Source: Bacilli bacterium (GTDB lineage Bacteria; Bacillota_I; Bacilli_A; ML615J-28; CAG-698). Taken from it: a DNA stretch of 64,000 nt. Numbering within the stretch: position 1 is the stretch's first letter; each line of letters begins with the position of its first letter. This document shows positions 20,614 through 28,348 of this stretch, in pieces. The notes beneath the pieces are model-generated. The model had not been told where the DNA came from and did not search any database. It saw nothing but the letters and a program-made list of their open reading frames with translations. Location: positions 288,001 through 352,000 of the forward strand of contig JBMNLZ010000002.1 in the NCBI GenBank assembly GCA_050953065.1, given 5' to 3'. The translations under genes were made by a program, and so were the position numbers.

Positions 20614-22785
20614 ATGGAAAAATTAGATCAAGAGATTTTAGAATTATACCTAAAACATGAAACAATTAATTTCTTTCCAAAGACTAGTCTAACTGTTAGA
20701 TATTTAGACCAAATCAAAGAATTAAATGATTATTATAATTTACTATCAGATGATGATAAAGAGAGTGTTAATAATTATAATATTCTTGAAAAGTTAATGG
20801 AATTAAGAGAAAAAATTTTAGGTGAATATAATCTATTTGAAAGTAAAGAAGCTGCGCTTCAATTTGATCAAAAAATTTTAGAATGTAGAGATGCTAAAAG
20901 CACTAATCATAGCTGGTTTTATCGTGTTAGAAAACTAGAAGCTGATTATGAAAAGCTAGATGATAATGTTAAAAAAATGTGTATCAATAAGTGGATTATT
21001 GATTCAATGCTTAAAGATATTAGAGACTATGAAAAAAGTTTAGCTTTTGATCAATTAAAAAAAGAAGCAGTTATTTTTGATAAAAGAATTTTAGACCTTC
21101 AAAAGAAGAAAAATATGTCCATAGATTGGGTAGAAGATGTTAAAGAAACTTTAGCTGATTTTGAAGTTTTAGCTCAAAACGTCAAAGAATTACTAGAAAA
21201 GAATTCTCTTTTAGTAACTTTAAAACAAGATGCTTTTGATATTGAAGAACATATCAATAAAGAAGAAAGTTTAAAAGTAGCTTCTTTATTTGATGAAAAG
21301 ATTATAAAACTCCAACAAGAGAAAACTTGGACTCTAGACTGGGTAGAAGCAGTTAAAGAATTAGAAGCAGATTATAAATACTTAAAACCTGAAATTAAAA
21401 ATTTACTTAAAAAAGAAGGAGTCTTACTTACTTTAAAACAAGAAGCTATTGAAATAAAAGATTCTTTTAAAATGGAAGATATAAAAGATAAAGCAATAGA
21501 GTTTGATGATTTAATTAAAGCGCTAGCTAGTAATAAAACTCCAACTATTGAATGGGCTAATGAAGTTATTAATTTAGATAAAGAGTTTAGTGCACTTGAT
21601 ACTTTAGAAAAAGATATCATCAGACAAGTAGCAACTCTTGCAACTCTAAAACAAGAAGCTTTAGAAATCATCGAAAAGTTCAAACAAAAAGATTATTACC
21701 AAATGGCTAGTGAATTTGATCATGCAGTTTTAGAATTAGAAAAAACAAGAGCTCTAACTGCTTCATGGTCTAAAGCAGTATTAGATTTAGAAGAAAAATA
21801 TAATAATTTTGAAAATATTGCTAAAAACTTAGTTAGAGAATATGGTGTTTTAATTAATCTAAAACAAGAAGCTCTTTCAATTAAAAGCAGAATTAAATTC
21901 GGTGAAAAAAATGAAATTGCGATGAAGTTTGATGAAAAAATTATGGACACATTAAAAAGAAAAACTTCTTCAGAAGAATGGATTAAAGAAGTTGATGATT
22001 TAGAAAAAGAATATCATGCTTTAGAAGAAAGTATAAAAGAGTTAGTTTCAAAAGCTTTAGTTTTATCGGATTTAAAAACTCAAGCACGTGAGGTTAAAAG
22101 ACTTTTAGAGTTTTATAAAACAAAAGCTATTGCGATTACTTTTGACCAAAAATTACTTAAATGTAAAGAACGTAAAAATCATTCACTTGAATGGTATGAA
22201 GAAGTAATGGAATTAGAAAAAGAATATAAAGCTTTAAGTCCAATTACAAAAGAAGTCTTAGATAATAAAGGTATGATTGAAACTTTAAAACATGATGCTT
22301 TTGAAATTAGAAAAGAAATTTATGATAGTAACTATAAACAAATCGCAACTGAAATTGATAAAAAAATAGCTGCATGTGAAGCAAGCCATGAAAAAACTCT
22401 AGACTGGACTGAAGAAGTTTTAGAACTTAAAAAAATGTTTGATAACTTGAGTCCAGAAATTAAAGCTTTTTCTTTAAAAGCTAAACTACTTGATTTATTA
22501 GTTGTTGAAACAGGTCATATTAAAAGAGCAATTGAAATAGAAAATCTAAAAGCTAGAGCTAAAACATTAGATGATCAAATAATTTCTTTATGTAATAAAG
22601 TTTCAAAAGAAGAACCACAATATAAACAAATGTTACAACTTCAAAATGTAATTGAGAATACAGAAAAAGAAGTATTAGAATATGTTGGTAATAAAAAAAC
22701 ATTTGAAACTACTTTAAATAAAAGTTTTAAATATAATCGTAGAAAAGAAAAGTTAGAAGCTAAACTTGCTAAGAAAAATAAATAA
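20614..22785 (+). CDS. Alpha-helical tandem-repeat protein (about 9-10 x 71 aa)
   Basis: Periodic AxxFDxxI...W..xV..LExxY..L...LK.EA pattern; no signal peptide or TM segment seen. Confidence 0.8.
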   Translation: MEKLDQEILELYLKHETINFFPKTSLTVRYLDQIKELNDYYNLLSDDDKESVNNYNILEKLMELREKILGEYNLFESKEAALQFDQKILECRDAKSTNHSWFYRVRKLEADYEKLDDNVKKMCINKWIIDSMLKDIRDYEKSLAFDQLKKEAVIFDKRILDLQKKKNMSIDWVEDVKETLADFEVLAQNVKELLEKNSLLVTLKQDAFDIEEHINKEESLKVASLFDEKIIKLQQEKTWTLDWVEAVKELEADYKYLKPEIKNLLKKEGVLLTLKQEAIEIKDSFKMEDIKDKAIEFDDLIKALASNKTPTIEWANEVINLDKEFSALDTLEKDIIRQVATLATLKQEALEIIEKFKQKDYYQMASEFDHAVLELEKTRALTASWSKAVLDLEEKYNNFENIAKNLVREYGVLINLKQEALSIKSRIKFGEKNEIAMKFDEKIMDTLKRKTSSEEWIKEVDDLEKEYHALEESIKELVSKALVLSDLKTQAREVKRLLEFYKTKAIAITFDQKLLKCKERKNHSLEWYEEVMELEKEYKALSPITKEVLDNKGMIETLKHDAFEIRKEIYDSNYKQIATEIDKKIAACEASHEKTLDWTEEVLELKKMFDNLSPEIKAFSLKAKLLDLLVVETGHIKRAIEIENLKARAKTLDDQIISLCNKVSKEEPQYKQMLQLQNVIENTEKEVLEYVGNKKTFETTLNKSFKYNRRKEKLEAKLAKKNK

Positions 22786-22810
22786 GATTAAATATTTTTA
22801 TATATTCAAA

Positions 22811-22859
22811 AAAACTCTAATATCTATATTCATTATCCTTTGTATGATATTAGAGTTTT
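22811..22859 (+). terminator. Hairpin terminator
   Basis: aaaactctaatatc / gatattagagtttt. Confidence 0.6.
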
Positions 22860-22914
22860 CTTATTTTATGAATAAGTTTAGAAATTTTCTAAAAACAATT
22901 TTTGAATAAGTTAG

Positions 22915-23069
22915 TGGTACTATACAAATAGTGATACTTCAGTTTTAACGATAAATGAATTTGGGGTAATTTGTGGTGTAGCGTTGGAGTGGCGACTATA
23001 ATTGGTACTTATAAGTATAATAATTTCCAAGGGGAAATTACAATGGAAGTAACAGTATTAGAATCTTAA
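22915..23069 (+). pseudogene. Relic Ig-like (Big_2) C-terminal domain with frameshift
   Basis: WYYTNSDTSVLTINEFGVICGV[fs]VGVATIIGTYKYNNFQGEITMEVTVLES*; resembles ORF 4845..5216. Confidence 0.6.
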
Positions 23070-23144
23070 TTACACATTAACCTCAATTAAGTTAATAAAG
23101 AAAATTAGTTATTGGCATGTTATAATTATAGGGGGGGAAGAATT

Positions 23145-24701
23145 ATGAAAAGATTATTATTTATCATATGTATTTTATTTATGCTAGTAGGTTGTGAAAA
23201 AAAAGCAATAGCGTTGCCGTATTCATTACATAAATTAAAAGAAGATGGAACATATGAAATTATGGGACCTTTAAATGAGAGCTTGTATGAAACGATGTTT
23301 AATCGTATGTCATGGTATTTTTTTGAAAGCCCTGATAAAAAACCAATTACAAGTATAGCACCTTATGCTTTTAAATATGGTGAAGAATTGATATATAACC
23401 ACAAGTATAGATCTAATGAATTGGTAATCCCTGAGGGTATAACAGAAATTAAAGATGGAGCTTTTGAGGGGTGTTCTTTTTTGGGATTGATTATAATACC
23501 TGAAAGTGTAACTACTATGGGAGATGATGTATTTAAGGGTTGTGGTGAAGCAATAATATATGTTGAGGCAGAAAGTAAACCAGTTGGGTGGAGCGAATCA
23601 TGGAATCCTGATAATAATTTAGTAATATGGGGAAATCCTAATGATGAAAAAGAAATGTTTCATTATGGTATAACAAGTAATGATGAAGTTGCTATATTAA
23701 AATTAAATAAAAAATTTTACACATCAACTATTAACATACCAGAAGAAATAAATGGAAAAAAAGTTACTATTTTATTTGGAGATGTTTTTAAGGATAATAA
23801 GCGTAAAAAAAATATTAGTAAAATAATAATACCTAGTTCGATTACATTTTTTGGTGCTAAAGCTTTTAATGAAATGTCTAATTTATATGAAGTAGAATTT
23901 ACTGGTGAAAGTAATCTTATATCAATTGGTGAAAAAGCTTTTTATGACTGTAAGAAATTAGAAAAAATTCTAATTCCAGGAAGTGTTGAATATATTGGCC
24001 AATATGCTTTTACAGGTTGTGCATTTAGAAACATTAAGATACCAGAGGGAGTAAAAGTTATTGATAGTGTAGCTTTTTCGGAGTGTGCTAGTGCAACAAG
24101 TGTAGAAATATCTAGTACTGTTATAGATATTGCGGGTGGAAATGTCTTTAATAACTGTTATCAATTAAATACTATAGAAGTAGCAAGTGCTAATCCTATT
24201 TATAGAAGTGAATCGAATTGTTTAATTGAAACAAGTGCTAATACCCTAATTAGAGGTTGTAATACTAGTATAATTCCTGATGGTATAACTACTATAGGTT
24301 CGTGTGCATTCAAAGGCTGTAAAAACCTAGTTACAATTACAATTCCTTCTAGTGTTACTAAGATAGATAGTGGTGCATTTGGTTATTGTTATGATTTAGT
24401 AAGTATAACAATTCCAGAATCAGTTATTAGTATAGAGAATGGTGCATTTTCTTTTTGTAAAGAATTAAATGAAGTGATTATCTCTTCTGGTGTTGAAAAG
24501 ATTGGAGACCGTGCATTTATGGTGTGTTCTGATTTAGTAAGTATAATAATTCCTTCTAGTGTTGAAAAGATAGGTGAGAGGGCTTTTTCTTCTTGTAAAA
24601 AAATTAAGATTTATTGCGAAACTGATAGCAAACCAGAAGGATGGCACAGAAATTGGAATTTTGAAAATAGACCAGTTGTTTGGGGGTATACTGGAGAATA
24701 G
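23145..24701 (+). CDS. BspA-family leucine-rich-repeat lipoprotein
   Basis: LVGC lipobox; IPxSVxxIxxxAFxxC repeats; ends PVVWGYTGE; ATG 23145 follows a G7 RBS. Confidence 0.88.
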   Translation: MKRLLFIICILFMLVGCEKKAIALPYSLHKLKEDGTYEIMGPLNESLYETMFNRMSWYFFESPDKKPITSIAPYAFKYGEELIYNHKYRSNELVIPEGITEIKDGAFEGCSFLGLIIIPESVTTMGDDVFKGCGEAIIYVEAESKPVGWSESWNPDNNLVIWGNPNDEKEMFHYGITSNDEVAILKLNKKFYTSTINIPEEINGKKVTILFGDVFKDNKRKKNISKIIIPSSITFFGAKAFNEMSNLYEVEFTGESNLISIGEKAFYDCKKLEKILIPGSVEYIGQYAFTGCAFRNIKIPEGVKVIDSVAFSECASATSVEISSTVIDIAGGNVFNNCYQLNTIEVASANPIYRSESNCLIETSANTLIRGCNTSIIPDGITTIGSCAFKGCKNLVTITIPSSVTKIDSGAFGYCYDLVSITIPESVISIENGAFSFCKELNEVIISSGVEKIGDRAFMVCSDLVSIIIPSSVEKIGERAFSSCKKIKIYCETDSKPEGWHRNWNFENRPVVWGYTGE

Positions 24702-24932
24702 GTTGACTTAGCTTACTTAAAGAAAGGAAAGATAAAAATGAAAAAGATAGGTATTGTATTATTAATAGTAATGTTTATGTTTTTATATGGCTGTAAGCCA
24801 AAAGAAAAACTTACAATTTCTTTTGAAACTAATGGTGGAAGTTCTATAGAAGATGTTGTGATAGATTCTACACTTGATTTTGTTTTGCCGGATGATCCAG
24901 TTAAAGAGGGATATACTTTTGCTGGGTGGTAT
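24652..24932 (+). repeat. Junction repeat copy A (3' tail + spacer + 5' of next gene)
   Basis: Near-identical to 26131-26410 and 60779-61038. Confidence 0.9.
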
Positions 24933-26180
24933 TTAGATGAAGCATTTGATGTAGAATATTCAACATCTTTATTAAATAATAATATAACTTTATATGCTAA
25001 ATGGATAGAAGATGAAATTGTTTATGACCTAGCTATCTTTTTTGAAAGCAATGGTGGAAATGAAATTGAACCAGTAATAAAAAGTGCAGGAGAAATTATC
25101 ACTGAACCTACTCATCCAGTTAAAGAAGGTTATGAATTTGCTGGTTGGTATAGTGATGTTGATTTAACTTATGTATATCACTTCAATACCATGCCAGAAG
25201 AAAGTATTACTCTTTATGCTGATTGGGGTACTTTAGGATTAGAGTATGAACTAATTAATGATGAAACTGAATATAGTGTCAATAAAGGTAATGCTTCAGA
25301 GTTAATTGAAATTCAAATTCCAAATATTAAAGATGGTAAGAAAGTCACACAAATTAAAAATCAAGGATTTTTAAATTGTATGAACTTAACAAAAATTATT
25401 ATTCCAAAAACAATAGTATTAATTCCTGAGGCTTCTTTTAAGGGCTGTGGTAATCTTGTTGAAATGATTTTACCATTTACTGGAAATAATAGAGAGGCGA
25501 CTGGTTATCAAGGCTTATTTGGATATATTTTTGGAAGTGAGGAGTTTAATGGTAGTAAAAAGGTAATGCAATATTTTATGGAGTTGACAAGTAATGATGA
25601 TAATAATAATAATAGTATTAGATTATCTATTAAACCATTACTGTCTTTTGAACCACCAACAATGAATTGTTTCTATATATCGAAGTGCTTAAATAAGATA
25701 GTAATAACAGATGAAGATATAATTAAGGCGGGAGCTTTTTCTGGGTTAATTAATTTAGATAGTTTAGTACTTAATGAAGGTATTACAAAAATTTCAAAAA
25801 ATGCTTTTTCTGGTTGTGGTGTAAAAGGAATTGAAATTCCTAAAAGTGTAATTGAAATAGATAGTTTAGGACTTTCTGGAGCTGAAGTAATATTTAAAGA
25901 AGGTATAAATTTAAAGACTATAAAGAGTTTGAGTTTTTATTCTTATGCTGGCAATGAATTAACAATTCCAAATAGTGTTATAAAAATTGAAGAAACTGCC
26001 TTTTATGGATCTAGTTTGAAGAGTGTATATATCCCTAATTCTGTTGAAGAAATAGAAAAGTGGGTATTTGCACATTGCAATTTAACAATTTATGTTGAAG
26101 CAATTAATAAGCCGGAAGGATGGGATGAAGATTGGAATTTAGAAAACAGACCAGTTGTTTGGGGCTATACTGGAGAATAG
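24738..26180 (+). CDS. BspA-family LRR lipoprotein with two InlB-B/Listeria-Bacteroides repeats
   Basis: LYGC lipobox; FETNGG...PVKEGYxFAGWY x2; LRRs; ends PVVWGYTGE. Confidence 0.88.
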   Translation: MKKIGIVLLIVMFMFLYGCKPKEKLTISFETNGGSSIEDVVIDSTLDFVLPDDPVKEGYTFAGWYLDEAFDVEYSTSLLNNNITLYAKWIEDEIVYDLAIFFESNGGNEIEPVIKSAGEIITEPTHPVKEGYEFAGWYSDVDLTYVYHFNTMPEESITLYADWGTLGLEYELINDETEYSVNKGNASELIEIQIPNIKDGKKVTQIKNQGFLNCMNLTKIIIPKTIVLIPEASFKGCGNLVEMILPFTGNNREATGYQGLFGYIFGSEEFNGSKKVMQYFMELTSNDDNNNNSIRLSIKPLLSFEPPTMNCFYISKCLNKIVITDEDIIKAGAFSGLINLDSLVLNEGITKISKNAFSGCGVKGIEIPKSVIEIDSLGLSGAEVIFKEGINLKTIKSLSFYSYAGNELTIPNSVIKIEETAFYGSSLKSVYIPNSVEEIEKWVFAHCNLTIYVEAINKPEGWDEDWNLENRPVVWGYTGE

Positions 26181-26410
26181 GTTGACTTAATTACTTAAAT
26201 AAAGGAAAGATAAAAATGAAAAAGATAGGTATTGTATTATTAATAGTAATGTTTATGTTTTTATATGGCTGTAAGCCAAAAGAAAAACTTACAATTTCTT
26301 TTGAAACTAATGGTGGAAGTTCTATAGAAGATGCTGTAATAGATTCTGCACTTGATTTTGTTTTGCCGGATGAGCCTGTTAAAGAGGGATATACTTTTGC
26401 TGGATGGTAT
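26131..26410 (+). repeat. Junction repeat copy B
   Basis: Near-identical to copies A and C. Confidence 0.9.
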
Positions 26411-27664
26411 AGTGATATTGATTTAACAATAAAATATGACTTAAATACAATACTAACAAAAGATATAACTCTATATGCTGACTGGGAAACGATAGGATTA
26501 GAGTATGAATTAATTAATGATGGAACTGAATATAGTGTCAATAAAGGTAATGCTTCAGAGTTAACTGAAATTCAAATTCCAAATATTAAAGATGGAAAAA
26601 AAGTAACACGCATTACTGATTTTAAAAAATGTTTAAATCTAAAAGAAATCATTATACCAAATAGTATAAACAAAATAGATAGTTGGTCGTTTTTGGAAAA
26701 CGTAGCTTTAGAAAATATAATTCTTCCTGATGGTATTAGTTCAATTGATGCTTATACATTTTCCAAATGTACTAGTTTAAAAAGTATAATGATACCAGAT
26801 AGTGTAGTTTTTATTAGTAAAGAAGCTTTTAATGAATGTGATAGTATAGAATATGAGATATATGAAGGGTTAAAATATTTAAACAATTGGATAATGGGAG
26901 TAGAAGATACTTCGGTTAGTGAAGTTAGTTTAAAAGAAACAACTGTTGGAATAGGACCTAATGCTTTTTGGGATTGTGTTAATCTAACTAATATAACTTT
27001 CCCTGATACTTTAAAGGCTATTAGTGAGCGGGCATTTACCAATTGTTATTCCTTAACAGAAATAACATTACCAGATAATTTTGAAAGAATTGGTGATTTT
27101 GCTTTTGAGGGATGTACTACTATAAAAAGTATTTTTATTTCAAAAAAAACAAAAGAATTATCTGGGATTCCTTGGGATTTAGAAGAAATAAATGTTGACC
27201 CACAAAATGAATTTTATACTAGCATAGATGGTGTTTTATATAACAAAGAAATTACTGAATTAATTCGTTTTCCTAATTACAAAGAAGTTATTGAATTTAC
27301 AGTTCCAGAAACAGTAATTGATATAGGACCATCTGCTTTTTCTGACAACAAATTTGTTAAAAAAGTTACGCTTCAAAATGGGGTTGAAACTATTGGTGAT
27401 GGTGCATTTTTTAGGTGTGGTGCTTTAGAAGAGATAATTTTATCTGATACACTTAAAAAAATTGATGATTATGCTTTTGCATATTACGAAAAATTAAAAG
27501 AAATCATAATCCCTCGTAGTGTAGAATATATTGGTGCAAATCTATTTATTGGTTATGTAAGTGGATTAAAAATATATTGTGAAATAGAGGCTCAACCTGA
27601 AGGTTGGGATGAATTTTGGAATCCTAATGATGAATTAGTTGTCTGGGGTTATACTAGAGAGTAA
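26216..27664 (+). CDS. BspA-family LRR lipoprotein with one InlB-B repeat
   Basis: Signal peptide identical to 24738; LRRs; ends LVVWGYTRE. Confidence 0.88.
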   Translation: MKKIGIVLLIVMFMFLYGCKPKEKLTISFETNGGSSIEDAVIDSALDFVLPDEPVKEGYTFAGWYSDIDLTIKYDLNTILTKDITLYADWETIGLEYELINDGTEYSVNKGNASELTEIQIPNIKDGKKVTRITDFKKCLNLKEIIIPNSINKIDSWSFLENVALENIILPDGISSIDAYTFSKCTSLKSIMIPDSVVFISKEAFNECDSIEYEIYEGLKYLNNWIMGVEDTSVSEVSLKETTVGIGPNAFWDCVNLTNITFPDTLKAISERAFTNCYSLTEITLPDNFERIGDFAFEGCTTIKSIFISKKTKELSGIPWDLEEINVDPQNEFYTSIDGVLYNKEITELIRFPNYKEVIEFTVPETVIDIGPSAFSDNKFVKKVTLQNGVETIGDGAFFRCGALEEIILSDTLKKIDDYAFAYYEKLKEIIIPRSVEYIGANLFIGYVSGLKIYCEIEAQPEGWDEFWNPNDELVVWGYTRE

Positions 27665-27712
27665 AAACTTTACATATAATATAGGTTTATTTATAGAAGA
27701 AAATGATAATCT

Positions 27713-27760
27713 AAATAAAAATATCAGTATCTTTAAAAAAAGATGCTGATATTTTTATTT
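27713..27760 (+). terminator. Long hairpin terminator closing the LRR array
   Basis: aaataaaaatatcagtatcttt / aaagatgctgatatttttattt. Confidence 0.75.
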
Positions 27761-27814
27761 AAAAAAGAAGTAAAATAAGAATTATTTAATAATATATAAG
27801 TGAGAGGATAAACT

Positions 27815-28348
27815 ATGAAAAAGAAAATAATTATTGTTTTAGTAATTGTTGTAGGTTTAATTGGAGTGGTTGTAAAAAATGTTCTTTCTTCTAAAGAAAA
27901 TGTTTTAGTTGAAAGTGGAACATCTTTAGTAGAAGATAATCTAGTAAATAAAGTTTTAGTAGAAATTAGAGGAGCAGTTCTTTATCCAAATATTTATGAA
28001 GTAAATAACAATGCTAGAGTTGATGATGTTATTACTTTAGCAGGTGGCCTAACAAAAAATGCTAATATAAGTGAAGTAAATCGTTTAGAAAAAGTTTATG
28101 ATTCAATGTTAATTGAAATAAAAGAAAATAATACAGAAGAACTAAATTATACTACTAGTAATAAAATATCACTTAATAAAGGAACGCTTGATGAATTAAT
28201 GACATTACCTGGAATTGGTGAGACTAGAGCTCTAGCAATTATAAGTTATAGGAATGAAAAGAAATTCGTTAGTATTGAGGAAATTAAAAATGTTAAGGGA
28301 ATTTCAGATGCTATATATGCTAAGATTAAAGATAATATCAGTTTATAA
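27815..28348 (+). CDS. comEA: Competence DNA-binding protein ComEA (SLBB + HhH)
   Basis: N-terminal TM; VEIRGAVLYP; LMTLPGIGETRA; IKNVKGI. Confidence 0.92.
   Translation: MKKKIIIVLVIVVGLIGVVVKNVLSSKENVLVESGTSLVEDNLVNKVLVEIRGAVLYPNIYEVNNNARVDDVITLAGGLTKNANISEVNRLEKVYDSMLIEIKENNTEELNYTTSNKISLNKGTLDELMTLPGIGETRALAIISYRNEKKFVSIEEIKNVKGISDAIYAKIKDNISL

Noticed and set aside
24701-24737. Junction spacer as an integron attC or Xer/dif site (GGTTGACTTAA resembles one XerD arm)
   Set aside because: GTTGACT is not GTTRRRY, there is no attC hairpin and no properly spaced second arm, and no integrase is in the window. Kept only as part of the repeat.
25592-25613. (AAT)n run giving NDDNNNN in an LRR loop
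   Set aside because: Short, in frame and unremarkable in AT-rich DNA.
26191-26541. Repeated antisense 116-aa ORF (also 60819..61169)
   Set aside because: Shadow of the duplicated lipoprotein 5' block on the opposite strand.
23145-27664. Diversity-generating retroelement
   Set aside because: No reverse transcriptase, and differences between repeat copies are not adenine-specific.
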